Source of the DNA: Methanobacteriota archaeon
GTDB taxonomy: Archaea; Thermoplasmatota; E2; DHVEG-1
Assembly (NCBI GenBank): GCA_043806635.1
Contig: JAZDGT010000038.1
Location: 14,641 to 78,640, forward strand
DNA length: 64,000 nt
Direction of reading: 5' to 3'
The notes under the pieces were generated by a model. It did not search any database. It was not told the DNA's origin and saw nothing but the letters and a program-made list of their open reading frames with translations. Every line of letters starts with the position of its first letter. Position 1 is the first letter of the stretch. Positions 1 to 9,881 of the stretch are shown here, one piece after another. The position numbers and the translations under genes are program-made.

Positions 1-664
1 GTAATAGTAACCCTGTTTCGACGGATCCCCGTGTTCGTAATTCAAAAAATCCATCGAAGGTATTTGGTACTATAAGGTTGAATACTAATGTATCCTGTTG
101 TACGATATTGCCGCTAAAGTTGTAAGTAATCTCTTGTATCGAATAGCTTTGGTCATAATATCGAAGAGTTATTACTCCTTCAGACAGACAATTACTGTTC
201 GCAAAGAGATTACTGTAGTACTCAAGACTCACTTGGAGAGTAACAGTTGGTTGTGCAGAATGGATTTTGAAATGAACATTAGTTTGGGACACTCCGCATG
301 CCTGAGTGGAATCATTTAGGGGTTCTTGCATAATAAATTGGAGTTCTTTCTGATGGATTCTGAATCCATTGCTTAGTTGACTCCCCTCAGTGAATTCCTT
401 ACTATATGCTGTAGAGTGAGGATAATTCTCTTGCCATGCCTCTACTGAGGCGTTGAACCCTGTGTGGGAATCAGACTCCGTATTTGAGCCAAACCCTGGG
501 CTGCATACATACCCAATCGCTAACGAGTAAGGATGATAAATTTCCATACTGTTCATTGGGCGCGCTTGTAGTTTAATGGTTCTTGCTGTTGCAGTGGTCA
601 TCGTCGCCGTTGAGAGCATCACCAGCATTCCAATCATTGAGATTGCTTTCCATATGTTCTTCAT
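1..664 (-). CDS. Secreted protein of unknown function, partial (C-terminal part runs off the window)
   Basis: Absent from the ORF track because it is open at the window edge. My reverse-complement translation from ATG 664-662 reads MKNIWKAISMIGMLVMLSTATMTTATARTIKLQARP... with no stop down to position 1. GGTGA lies about 8 nt upstream. The N-terminus looks like a Sec signal peptide. Confidence 0.6.
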   Translation of the reverse strand, partial: MKNIWKAISMIGMLVMLSTATMTTATARTIKLQARPMNSMEIYHPYSLAIGYVCSPGFGSNTESDSHTGFNASVEAWQENYPHSTAYSKEFTEGSQLSNGFRIHQKELQFIMQEPLNDSTQACGVSQTNVHFKIHSAQPTVTLQVSLEYYSNLFANSNCLSEGVITLRYYDQSYSIQEITYNFSGNIVQQDTLVFNLIVPNTFDGFFELRTRGSVETGLLL

Positions 665-836
665 TTTTTTTCACCATTTTATTTTTTTAAATCCAATTGT
701 TGAGTTTTTCACTTAAATACTTTATTTACTAATTATCGAACAAAAAAATAAAAATTAAAAAATAATGATAGAAAATAAAAGATATGCTTTAGAAATAAAA
801 TGCCGATTCCTACAATCCTTGAACGGAACACTCATT

Positions 837-2111
837 CTAGAAGCGTCTTCTGAACAGTTTACTCCACTTCCGCGTACTCCCTGTCAACAACCGATCTGTC
901 CGGAATACCCACACCACGATCATGATCATCACTACCGCGAAAATGGTGACATACACGATACCACCGATCACTAATGCGTAATCATGGAAAAGTAACGCCC
1001 GTGGAGCCATCATCGGATGAGAAAACGGTATCGCAAACGCAAACACTTTCAGCACAGGCGGCAACGTATCAAAATCCATGAACATCGTCAGAAACATCGG
1101 AATCAACGCCAACATCGTCACCGGGAACGTCAACGTCTGCGCACTCTTGTAATTCTTCGCGAACGTCCCCAGAAGCATACACAACGACAATCCTGCAATC
1201 AACGCCACAAACAAAGAAAGCCCAATCCAAATGAAATCCTCAACAGTTAACGAAAGACCATACGCCGCAAGATTCCCCCCAGCAGATACCTCCATCCCCG
1301 AAAAATAATATCCCATACCAATCATGTAGATCACAGCAAGAAGAAGACCAATCACTGCAGCAGCAACAATTTTCCCCGTCACAATACTCGTCCGTTTCAC
1401 CGGTAACGTCAACAACGTCTCCAAGGTTTTATTCTCTTTTTCCAACGCCATAGATGTAATCACAATACTCCCCGCCATAATGATAATCATCATGATCACA
1501 ATCGGGATGAGCATCGACTGCGACGCCAACATCCCCGAGATCGTATTCGGAGAAAGACCAACAAACTCCCTGTCCTTGAATTTCGTCGTCTCTATCCTCT
1601 GCGTCGGCGAAAGCACCACCGAGGCATTCACTGTGATGTTCCCCTTGATGAGATCCTGTGAAATATTTGTATTAATCACAGAAATCAATGCTTCAACCAC
1701 ATTAGAAGAAATACTATCAAAAAGCCCTGCCCCTTTCATGATCCAATACACTTCAATGAAGCCTTTATGACCAGAAAGAATGCGCTCCGTGAAATTCCGC
1801 GGAATAACCAATAATGCGACTCCATTCTGGTCAGTCACCGTCTGTAAACCGATTTCTTTATCAGCAATCGAAGACGAATTATACACCACCCGTCCGTAAT
1901 GAGAAAACACCTCGGTTGCAATCATCGAAAACGTGGTATTCTCCTCATTAATCACCCCAATCACTGGCGGTGTTTTCGCTTGCTCCTGAATCCCAGAGAT
2001 ACTATTCCCCATCGACCCAAAAATCAACGCGACAAAAATAATTGGTAAAAACGTCTGAATCGTAAGCAACTCACGAATCTCCTTCCTGATGATATTCCCA
2101 AGTCCACTCAT
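837..2111 (-). CDS. ABC-2 type transporter permease
   Basis: 424 aa with one N-terminal TM, a large extracytoplasmic loop and a C-terminal cluster of about 5 TM, typical of ABC-2/NatB-like permeases. Overlaps the upstream ATPase gene by 4 nt, so they form an operon. Confidence 0.8.
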   Translation of the reverse strand: MSGLGNIIRKEIRELLTIQTFLPIIFVALIFGSMGNSISGIQEQAKTPPVIGVINEENTTFSMIATEVFSHYGRVVYNSSSIADKEIGLQTVTDQNGVALLVIPRNFTERILSGHKGFIEVYWIMKGAGLFDSISSNVVEALISVINTNISQDLIKGNITVNASVVLSPTQRIETTKFKDREFVGLSPNTISGMLASQSMLIPIVIMMIIIMAGSIVITSMALEKENKTLETLLTLPVKRTSIVTGKIVAAAVIGLLLAVIYMIGMGYYFSGMEVSAGGNLAAYGLSLTVEDFIWIGLSLFVALIAGLSLCMLLGTFAKNYKSAQTLTFPVTMLALIPMFLTMFMDFDTLPPVLKVFAFAIPFSHPMMAPRALLFHDYALVIGGIVYVTIFAVVMIMIVVWVFRTDRLLTGSTRKWSKLFRRRF

Positions 2112-2824
2112 GACCGCACCACCCTCGTAAACACCTCTTCAACATTTTGAACCTGATATTTCTCCATTAACGTTTTCGGGTTCCCTTCTTCCACGATCTT
2201 CCCCTCAGAAATCAACGCGATACGATCACACAGATATTCCACCTCAAGCATATTATGCGAAGACAATAGCACAGTCGTTCCGTTTTTTGCGGTTGTTTTA
2301 ATCAGTTTCCGGATCTCTTGTGCATTAATCACGTCTAACCCTGAGGTGGGCTCATCCAGGATTGCGAATTTCGGATCCGTCATCAACGCCCTCCCAACCA
2401 AGAGACGACGCATCATTCCCTTGCTATACGTATCAACTCGATCAGAGATACGATTCCCGAGATTCGCAATCTCTATCCCACGACGCACCATTTCTGGTAC
2501 TTGCTTCGCATCAAAAAAATTCGCGATAAACTGTAAATATGCTCGCCCCGTCAGATTCTTATACGCTCCAGCGTCCTCTGGCAAATAACTAATAATCTTG
2601 CGGATTTCACTTGCCTCTTTTTTAAGATCACGACCCGCAATCATCACTGACCCTGAGGTGATCGACAACAATGTTGAAAGGATACGTAATGTCGTTGTTT
2701 TCCCGGCACCGTTTGGACCAATTAGCCCAAAGATTTCCCCCTTATTCACCGTAAATGAGATTCCTTTCACTGCCTCAAATGATCCATAGTTTTTCACAAG
2801 ATTTTTAACCTCAATTGAAACCAT
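2108..2824 (-). CDS. ABC transporter ATP-binding protein
   Basis: Walker A GPNGAGKTT, Q-loop, degenerate signature YSKGMMRR, Walker B AILDEPTSGLD, H-loop SSHNM. Confidence 0.9.
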   Translation of the reverse strand: MVSIEVKNLVKNYGSFEAVKGISFTVNKGEIFGLIGPNGAGKTTTLRILSTLLSITSGSVMIAGRDLKKEASEIRKIISYLPEDAGAYKNLTGRAYLQFIANFFDAKQVPEMVRRGIEIANLGNRISDRVDTYSKGMMRRLLVGRALMTDPKFAILDEPTSGLDVINAQEIRKLIKTTAKNGTTVLLSSHNMLEVEYLCDRIALISEGKIVEEGNPKTLMEKYQVQNVEEVFTRVVRS

Positions 2825-2966
2825 TTTTTCTCTTCCCTCCTCATCATTTTTATTACTTTGTTGTTTACTTTGGTCTTAAACACAACATCAAATACTTCTT
2901 TGACTTCTCTAGTGAGAGATCGTTCTTTTATTGACACCAGTATTTGTTTTTTCCCTAGCAAGGTAA

Positions 2967-3146
2967 TCATTTTTTCTTTTTAAGATATTCTTTTCGGATC
3001 TCGTCGGCGATGATTCCGTCTTCAATGATGAATGCGCCGATGTATCCGCAGTCTTTACATTCCCATTTCTGTCGATCATGGGGGAGTACCCAGCCGAGGT
3101 TCGATGATCCGCAATGGGGACAAAATTTTATTGGTTTTTTAGTCAT
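2967..3146 (-). CDS. Small zinc-ribbon protein
   Basis: CPHCG...CKDCG four-Cys ribbon. I prefer the start at MTKKPIKF (ATGACTAA overlap with the stop of the upstream gene) over the longer track ORF 2967..3188. Confidence 0.5.
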   Translation of the reverse strand: MTKKPIKFCPHCGSSNLGWVLPHDRQKWECKDCGYIGAFIIEDGIIADEIRKEYLKKKK

Positions 3147-3354
3147 AGGTATACCCGCATTTTGCACAGTGATAGGTGTTTCCATCAAATCGTAGTTTCG
3201 TGTTCCCGCATGTTGGGCAGGTCCCGAGGACGCGCTCCTCGAGCATTTGAATCCTGTTGAGTTCTCGTTCAGTGAGCTGAGAGAGGTTTATCCATGGATT
3301 TTTTTTCCACCAGTTCCAGGTTTTTTCACTTAAAGTAATCGTGACTTTTTTCAT
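3139..3354 (-). CDS. Small protein with a zinc ribbon and a possible RHH-like N-terminus
   Basis: CPTCG...CAKCG ribbon. N-terminal KKVTITLSEKTW beta-strand-like segment. ATGA overlap with the stop of the hydrolase gene. Confidence 0.5.
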   Translation of the reverse strand: MKKVTITLSEKTWNWWKKNPWINLSQLTERELNRIQMLEERVLGTCPTCGNTKLRFDGNTYHCAKCGYTYD

Positions 3355-4697
3355 GGGTTTTCGTCCACTTGAGAAATCCAGGTGATGATGTCAGTGATCA
3401 CGGTTTGATTGACATGTCCTGCGGTGAGATACTCGGTATTGGTTGGTACCCCGGTTCCTTCGATAAAAAGATGATTTAACAGGGGGTGGGTGTGTAGGGT
3501 TACTCGCGGATTCTGTGAAAAGGTGGTGTTCCATCGTGTGTAATCTGCTTGGGTGACTTGATAATCGCGTAAGCCTTGCATGATCAACATGGGGATGGTA
3601 ATATTCTCTGCTGTGGAGACAGGATCATAGGTAGCAAGGTCTGCCCAGTAGCTTCTCGGTGCACCGAGGACGTATTCTCCGTCGCTGATGTTGAGAGTTT
3701 TAATTTGTATAGCAAGTTCTTGTACCGCTGCTATTTGTTGTGCTTCTGTTTCAGAGATATTCCCATCAAGGTTTCCGAGATATTCTGTTTGTTCAACAAA
3801 GAGGTCTTCCAGTGGTCTGGTGTTTCCTGCCAGTATAATGATTCCAGAGAGCATGGGTGCTTCTTGGGCGATCCGTGGAGCAAGCATTCCTCCAAGACTA
3901 TGGCCGAGGACGAAAATCTGGTTTGGATCAACCATCGGGTATCTTGTTAGTTGGTCGACAGTGATGACTGCATCGTCGATGGTTTCATCTTGTACGGTGA
4001 AGTTTTTAAGGGCAGTGAATTCAGTCGGGTATTGTTTCGTGCGTTTCACATATCGAAGAACAACGATACCGTTTGAGGCTAACCCCCAGGCGAGGTCTTT
4101 AAAAGGTTTATTGGGGCCAATGGTTTCATCCTGGTCGTTCGGTCCTGATCCGTGTACAAGGACGACTACGGGGAACGGGCCGTCGCCATGAGGAACAGAG
4201 AGGATAGCAGGGAGTAGCCATGGGTTGGTACCGATAGTGATATTCGTGTCAGAAAACGCTGAGAGGTTCACGTAGTCTGGTGGTTCGTACTCATAGGTTA
4301 CTTCGGTGGGCACGAAGAAAAATCCAACGATTTTAGTATTGTTCAAAAAAACGCATTTGATGTCAAGGTTTCCTAACTGTGAAAATGAGCAGGTGACGAA
4401 GATATAGGTATAGTTTGCTTCATACGCGGTTCGTGTGTTATCAATACCTTCGAAATCTCCATAGAGTTGTATTAATGCAGTCCAAGCGTCTTTTAGATAA
4501 GTGATATTAATTTGCTGCTGGACACTCACATCCAGGATATCGTATGCCGCTGAATAATTACCATTGCTGAGATCGGTAACCAGTTCTCTTGCAATGTCAT
4601 CCTGCGTTTTTTCTGGTGGGTTCGGTGTTTCTACGCATCCAGTGAGTGCCACTGAAAGAGTCATAATTATTATTATTACTATCACTTTTTTTTTCAT
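3351..4697 (-). CDS. Lipoprotein-type alpha/beta-fold serine hydrolase
   Basis: N-terminal signal with lipobox-like LTGC. Nucleophile elbow GHSLGG. HGSGP oxyanion-type motif. 448 aa. Confidence 0.75.
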   Translation of the reverse strand: MKKKVIVIIIIMTLSVALTGCVETPNPPEKTQDDIARELVTDLSNGNYSAAYDILDVSVQQQINITYLKDAWTALIQLYGDFEGIDNTRTAYEANYTYIFVTCSFSQLGNLDIKCVFLNNTKIVGFFFVPTEVTYEYEPPDYVNLSAFSDTNITIGTNPWLLPAILSVPHGDGPFPVVVLVHGSGPNDQDETIGPNKPFKDLAWGLASNGIVVLRYVKRTKQYPTEFTALKNFTVQDETIDDAVITVDQLTRYPMVDPNQIFVLGHSLGGMLAPRIAQEAPMLSGIIILAGNTRPLEDLFVEQTEYLGNLDGNISETEAQQIAAVQELAIQIKTLNISDGEYVLGAPRSYWADLATYDPVSTAENITIPMLIMQGLRDYQVTQADYTRWNTTFSQNPRVTLHTHPLLNHLFIEGTGVPTNTEYLTAGHVNQTVITDIITWISQVDENP

Positions 4698-4755
4698 CGT
4701 TTGTTTCTCCCAATTTTTTTTTTAAAAATACCTAGTGGTCCGATTATGGTATTAG

Positions 4756-5070
4756 TTATTTTAGTGTTACCGCAGTCCCGTAGGCGAGTATTTCGGCAGC
4801 GCTTGCCATGATGGCTGAGGTCATGAAGCGGACGTTGATGATGGCATCTGCCCCAAGTTTTTCTGCTTTTTCTTCCATTCGTTTGAGGGCGATTTCTCGT
4901 GCTTCGGAGAGCATGTTGGTGTATTCTTTGATTTCTCCGCCGACGAGGTTGCGGAATCCTGCGGCGATGTCTTTGTAGAAGACTTTGGCTTGGACGGTGT
5001 TTCCTCTGACCATGCCGAGTATTTCTTTGATTTCTCTTCCGGTTATGAAATCGGTGTTTGTGATGATCAT
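4756..5070 (-). CDS. YbjQ/UPF0145 family protein
   Basis: 104 aa. The pattern MIITNTDFITGREI...GMVRGN...GGEI..Y...L..AR..AL.RM...A..LGADAIINVRF matches the YbjQ_1 family as I recall it. Confidence 0.8.
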   Translation of the reverse strand: MIITNTDFITGREIKEILGMVRGNTVQAKVFYKDIAAGFRNLVGGEIKEYTNMLSEAREIALKRMEEKAEKLGADAIINVRFMTSAIMASAAEILAYGTAVTLK

Positions 5071-5306
5071 GGTTCGAAATCCTCCTTTTTTATTTTTTGT
5101 TTCATTTTCTTCATGGTTTTTACTTGATCGATTGCTATTGATACAATCAGAATGAGTATTCCGATGAGGATGATTCCTCCGATGAGGAGTGTTGTGAGGT
5201 CTAACGTCTGCATTATTTCATCAAAACCTAGATAGAGTCCATAGAAAGCCCATATGAGTATTCCTCCAATGAGGAGGATGAGTCCTAGTATTGTTCCTTT
5301 ATTCAT
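5067..5306 (-). CDS. Small membrane protein (2 TM)
   Basis: Hydrophobic 79-aa product starting at MNKGTILGL. 4-nt overlap with the downstream ybjQ-like gene. Confidence 0.5.
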   Translation of the reverse strand: MNKGTILGLILLIGGILIWAFYGLYLGFDEIMQTLDLTTLLIGGIILIGILILIVSIAIDQVKTMKKMKQKIKKEDFEP

Positions 5307-5318
5307 AGATACACATCC

Positions 5319-5346
5319 ATACACGTTCTAATACGTGTATACACGT
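5319..5346. promoter_or_regulatory. Overlapping perfect palindromes (candidate operator) in a divergent promoter region
   Basis: ATACACGT-tctaat-ACGTGTAT (5319-5340) overlaps the 14-nt perfect palindrome ACGTGTATACACGT (5333-5346). A TTTAAAAATA TATA-like element lies at 5361-5370. Confidence 0.5.
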
Positions 5347-5472
5347 ATACAGACAAGATATTTAAAAATACCGCTCACCAACCTCCCCAAACCTAAAAAA
5401 CGGTTATAAAACAAAACACGCTATCCGCTCCTAAAAAAGACATGATAAAAAAGTGACCGAGGACACAAACCT

Positions 5473-6654
5473 ATGAACAAACAAACCATCCTCAAAGGAC
5501 TCACCCGAAACATCATCATCGTCGGATTCGTCAGCCTCTTCACCGACCTCAGCAGCCAAATGGTCTTCCCCGTCATCCCCCTCTTCTTACTCTCACTCGG
5601 CGCAAGCGCATCAATAATCGGACTCGTCGAAGGAGCAGCAGAAACCACCGCATCACTCCTCAAAGTCTTCTCCGGATACTGGTCCGATAAAATCAAAAGA
5701 CGAAAACCATTCGTCTTCGCAGGATACGGACTCTCCACCCTCACCAAACCCCTGTTCGCCATCGCGTACATCTGGCCGTTTGTCCTCTTCATCCGCGTCC
5801 TAGAACGCATCGGCAAAGGAGTACGAGACGCACCACGAGACGCAATCATCGCAGAATCAGTCAACTACTCCATCCGCGGAAAAGCATACGGATTTCAACG
5901 AGCAATGGACGGCATCGGCTCCTTCTCCGGCGCCATACTCGCCGTGATACTCCTCCCCATCTACGCATATCGACACCTCTTCCTCATCGCGTTCCTCCCC
6001 GGGATACTCGCTGTCCTCATCATCCTCTTCATCAAAGAAAAACACACAAAACAAAAGGATAACAAACAACCAAGAATAAAACTCAGCGTTGGCCTCAGAA
6101 AACTCCCCAGAACCCTCCAACTCTTCATCCTCGTATCAACCATTTTCGCCCTCGGCAACTTCGGCTACGCATTCCTCATACTTAAAACAAAAAGCATAGG
6201 GTATTCTGACGTCACCGCACTCACCCTCTACGTCCTCTTTTATATCATATACACCCTGTTCACAATACCCGCAGGAATACTCTCCGATAAAATAGGGAGA
6301 AAACCCGTCCTCATCACCGGATACCTCATCTTCGCAGCCACCACCATTTGCCTCCTCTTCACCACACAACTCGTCCTCCTCATTCTCGTCTTCATACTCT
6401 ACGGAGTCTTCTTCGGGTTAATCGACGGAGTACAACGCGCCTTCGTCGTCGACCTAGCACCCACCGACCTCAAAGGAACCGCACTCGGAACATTCCACAC
6501 CATAACCGGGATAATCGCCTTACCCGCAGGATTCATCGCAGGATTCCTCTGGGATACCATCTCCCCACAAGCAACATTTCTCTATGCACTCAGCCTCACC
6601 CTCTGCTCCCTCGCCTTATTCACCGTAATCAAAAACCCAAAACCCACTTCCTAA
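5473..6654 (+). CDS. MFS transporter
   Basis: 393 aa with about 12 TM in two halves joined by a basic central loop. MFS-like GxxSDKxGRK(P) loop motifs in both halves. Confidence 0.85.
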   Translation: MNKQTILKGLTRNIIIVGFVSLFTDLSSQMVFPVIPLFLLSLGASASIIGLVEGAAETTASLLKVFSGYWSDKIKRRKPFVFAGYGLSTLTKPLFAIAYIWPFVLFIRVLERIGKGVRDAPRDAIIAESVNYSIRGKAYGFQRAMDGIGSFSGAILAVILLPIYAYRHLFLIAFLPGILAVLIILFIKEKHTKQKDNKQPRIKLSVGLRKLPRTLQLFILVSTIFALGNFGYAFLILKTKSIGYSDVTALTLYVLFYIIYTLFTIPAGILSDKIGRKPVLITGYLIFAATTICLLFTTQLVLLILVFILYGVFFGLIDGVQRAFVVDLAPTDLKGTALGTFHTITGIIALPAGFIAGFLWDTISPQATFLYALSLTLCSLALFTVIKNPKPTS

Positions 6655-6746
6655 CCACACAAAAAAATATTCATACAACCAAAACATTTTCCAACCAAAC
6701 TCTATTCCATCCTATAAAACCAAACGAACACAACACGAGGAAAAAA

Positions 6747-7454
6747 ATGAACATCATCTTTTTCGGCGATAGCCTCACCAAAGGACGATCCGGACTCTCC
6801 TACGTACCACTCCTTCAACAACAACTCCCCCAACACAACATAATAAATCAAGGGAAAAACGGTGACACTATCGCAAGCCTGTACTACCGCATCAAAAACA
6901 TGCAACTACCTGATGCCATCGATATCGCCTTCATCTGGATCGGAGTCAACGACATACTCACCTGCATCAAATGGCCCTTCTCATTCATCCCCAAACTCCT
7001 CGTGTTCCAACCATGGGCGAAATCCGACGAAGAATTCACACACTACTACCAAAAAATCATTGACCTCCTCCACCCCCACACAAAAAAAATCATCACCGTC
7101 TCACCCTTATACATCGGAGAAGACATCCACAACCAATGGAACACAAGACTTCAGGAGCTATCAGAGCTCATCAAAATACTCTCAGAATCTTCTCCAAACA
7201 TACGGTATCTCGATTTACGAACACGATTCCAAACAGAACGACCCTCCCTCCCACCAATCTCCCCATATATCCCAAGTAGCACCGCATTACTCCTCGATGA
7301 AATCATCTATCATACACCTGAAAAGATTACTCGGAAGGGGAAACAACGAGGATTATATTATACGGTGGACGGTGTCCACCTCAACAAACGAGGTATACAA
7401 CTCGCCGCTCAAGTATTCCATGAGCAAATCACCCAATTGACACCAAGATCATAA
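6747..7454 (+). CDS. SGNH/GDSL-family hydrolase
   Basis: Starts MNIIFFGDSLTKG (block I, Ser nucleophile). GxND block (GVNDI). DGVHLN near the C-terminus (block V, D-x-x-H). The track ORF start at 6348 is an out-of-frame run-on over the MFS gene. Confidence 0.75.
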   Translation: MNIIFFGDSLTKGRSGLSYVPLLQQQLPQHNIINQGKNGDTIASLYYRIKNMQLPDAIDIAFIWIGVNDILTCIKWPFSFIPKLLVFQPWAKSDEEFTHYYQKIIDLLHPHTKKIITVSPLYIGEDIHNQWNTRLQELSELIKILSESSPNIRYLDLRTRFQTERPSLPPISPYIPSSTALLLDEIIYHTPEKITRKGKQRGLYYTVDGVHLNKRGIQLAAQVFHEQITQLTPRS

Positions 7455-7472
7455 CACTAAAAAAAACATTAC

Positions 7473-9881
7473 TTATTTTTGCATGTTTTTTCTTTCAGTA
7501 TACTTGATCGTCTCATTCAACAAACCTTGCGTCTGACAACATATTTGTTTGTCGCCAACAATGATGACGAGACTTTTCGCTCGCGTAATTGCCACGTTGA
7601 TAAGCTGTTGTGTATTCTCTATCCAATGCAACGTCGATGATCGTACGCCTTCAGAAACCGCGAGCGAAAAAATTATCACATCTTTTTCATCACCTTGGAA
7701 CTTATGCGCAGTACCCACGGTGAGTCCACGGTTCTGCAGATACTCATCAGAGCTGATTTTTTCAAGGATTTTCTCCATCTGCGCCCGAAATAGGGTCACA
7801 ACACCAAAAGAGACTTGTGTTTTCTCGTGTACCTTGAATTGTTTAAGTAGGGTGATTACCTGATCTACTTCTTCAAGACAGTACGGGCTTTTTGAGGGGG
7901 CTGTTGTTCCATGGACATCAACCCAGATGATACCCTGGGGGATATCAGGTGTAACAATCAAGTTTTTTTCGTTTGTCCTAATGATGAGTTTCCCACCGTA
8001 GAAGTATTCGTTTGAAAACGAGATGATGTCTCGGTGTGAACGATAATGCTCGTTTAATAAGAGCGGTTGAGTCCCTTGTATCATGATGATTCGTTCCATG
8101 AGGTCGTAGAGGGAATGTTTTGTATATGAGTAATCGAGGAGGAGATGCTTGATTTTGTGTGAAGCCGCGAGTGAATTTTCTTGTGTTTCTTTGAGGAGGG
8201 ATATGTGGCGGAGTTGTTTTGGGTCTCCGATGATAACGACTTGTTTCGCCCTGTAGAGGAGGGGGAGTGCTGAGGGGATGTCGCATTGTGATGCTTCATC
8301 GATGATGACGATGTCGAATGCGGCTGGGGTGAAGGGGAGACTGTTTTTTGCTGAGAGGTTGGTGACGATCCAGACGGGGAGGATGGGGAGGATTTTTTCG
8401 AGTTCTTTTTTTTGGGTGATGTCGAGTTGTGTCCAGATGCGGGGGTTTTTGATGTAGTGTTCTAATCGTTCTGATACTTCGAGGTAGCGGGAGATATGGT
8501 GTTGGAGTGTTGGTGTTTGGGTGTTGATTTTGTGTAGCCAGTCTTGTTCGAATATTTCTCGTGATACTTTGATTTTTTCTTTTTGGAGTTCTGTTTTTTT
8601 CTGTTCTTGTTCTTCAGGTGTTAGTGGTGTAATCATGGTTTTTGGTGAGTATATTGATTGTTCCTGTATTTTTTTTGTTCTTGTGTGTCGGAGGGTCCAG
8701 TATGGTTTTTTTGTTGTTGATGGTTGGTATGTTTTGTTTTGTTGGGTTGAGTGTTGGGTATTGATTTGGTTGAGTGTGGTGGTGAGTCTGTGGAGTTCTG
8801 TTTCGTTTTGTTTGAGTCGTGATGGGTTTAGGGGGAATGGGGTTCGTGCGAGGAGGTTTTGTATCCTGTTTTTCGCGTTTTTTCTGTGGGGTTTTGTTCC
8901 CATGCGTACGAGGAGGGGGTGTGAGAGGATGGTGTTGAGTTTTTCGGTGACGACGTCGACTGCTTTGTTGTTTTTGCTGGCGAAGAGTACTGTTTTGTTG
9001 TGGTAGACTGCGTTGGCGATGATGTTGAGGACGACTTGGGATTTTCCTGTGCCTGGTGGTCCTGTGATGACGGTGACTGGGTTGGTGAGTGCGTTGTGTA
9101 CTGCGTGTTCTTGTGAGGGGTTCATCGGGTATATTTCTAGGAGGTTTTTTTGTGTTTGGGGGTGGTGTGTGGTGCGGGGTGGTCGGTTGCCGAAGAGGGG
9201 TGAGAGTGCGGTGGTTTTTAGTTCTGTGTATTTGGTTGTGATGAGTTTTTGTAGTTCGAGGAGGAGTCCATGGGTGATCGCGGTGTGTTCATCGAAGTAG
9301 ATGATGGCTTTGTTGAGGATTTGGTTGGGGTGGTGCTCGGATAGGTTCTTTTGGTCGAGTTGTGGAGAATGGTTGTGGTGTGTACTGGAGAGTAGTTCCT
9401 GGATTTTTTCGAGTTTTATTAGGGGGTCTGGTTCTTGTTCGAGTTCCGATGTGATTTTTTTTATTTCTTCAGGCTCGTACCCGTTTTGGATTAACAGCCC
9501 TTTATTGAGTTCGGTCTGATCAGATTTCCGTGTGCATTGTACGGTGTCGCCTGTTTCTTGTACGGTTACCTCGGTGAGGAATACGGGGGTTATTTTTCCG
9601 TTTTTATCCTTATAGATGGGGTATCCGTAGTACATGGATTTGTGTTGTCGGGTAGAAAGGTGGTGAAGGCAGTGGTTTGTTTGTTCTGATTTTTGGAGGT
9701 CTATCGTGGTTGCGTTCTTGTGGAAGAGTTCTTCATCTTGTATAATTGTAGAATAAAACAGGGTTCCTTCTTTTGAGACGTCGAAGATTTGTGCGAGATG
9801 ATCTTCTTGTTCAATACATCCTCTATAATATTTAAGAACGGATTTTATTTCTCGAGAGGAAAGACGTGTACCTCTGCGCAT
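7473..9881 (-). CDS. Superfamily-1 helicase (Upf1/DNA2-like AAA_11/AAA_12 type) with an uncharacterised N-terminal domain
   Basis: Walker A GPPGTGKS, Walker B IIDEASQ, motifs GDPKQL, YRS, VGTAHKFQGDEKDVIIFS and ITRAK. ATG at 9881 (MRRGTRLSS) preferred over the TTG start at 9938. Confidence 0.8.
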   Translation of the reverse strand: MRRGTRLSSREIKSVLKYYRGCIEQEDHLAQIFDVSKEGTLFYSTIIQDEELFHKNATTIDLQKSEQTNHCLHHLSTRQHKSMYYGYPIYKDKNGKITPVFLTEVTVQETGDTVQCTRKSDQTELNKGLLIQNGYEPEEIKKITSELEQEPDPLIKLEKIQELLSSTHHNHSPQLDQKNLSEHHPNQILNKAIIYFDEHTAITHGLLLELQKLITTKYTELKTTALSPLFGNRPPRTTHHPQTQKNLLEIYPMNPSQEHAVHNALTNPVTVITGPPGTGKSQVVLNIIANAVYHNKTVLFASKNNKAVDVVTEKLNTILSHPLLVRMGTKPHRKNAKNRIQNLLARTPFPLNPSRLKQNETELHRLTTTLNQINTQHSTQQNKTYQPSTTKKPYWTLRHTRTKKIQEQSIYSPKTMITPLTPEEQEQKKTELQKEKIKVSREIFEQDWLHKINTQTPTLQHHISRYLEVSERLEHYIKNPRIWTQLDITQKKELEKILPILPVWIVTNLSAKNSLPFTPAAFDIVIIDEASQCDIPSALPLLYRAKQVVIIGDPKQLRHISLLKETQENSLAASHKIKHLLLDYSYTKHSLYDLMERIIMIQGTQPLLLNEHYRSHRDIISFSNEYFYGGKLIIRTNEKNLIVTPDIPQGIIWVDVHGTTAPSKSPYCLEEVDQVITLLKQFKVHEKTQVSFGVVTLFRAQMEKILEKISSDEYLQNRGLTVGTAHKFQGDEKDVIIFSLAVSEGVRSSTLHWIENTQQLINVAITRAKSLVIIVGDKQICCQTQGLLNETIKYTERKNMQK

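Noticed and set aside
2967-3188. A 50-nt overlap between the two zinc-ribbon ORFs as evidence of a frameshifted single gene.
   Set aside because: Each ORF carries its own complete four-Cys ribbon. An internal start (MTKKPIKF) gives a standard ATGACTAA start/stop overlap, so two separate genes is the simpler reading.
6348-6746. N-terminal 133-aa extension of the SGNH hydrolase ORF, overlapping the MFS gene.
   Set aside because: The translation is nonsense-like and Pro/Arg/His/Thr-rich, and it is out of frame over a well-supported transporter. The hydrolase starts at MNIIFFGDS (6747).
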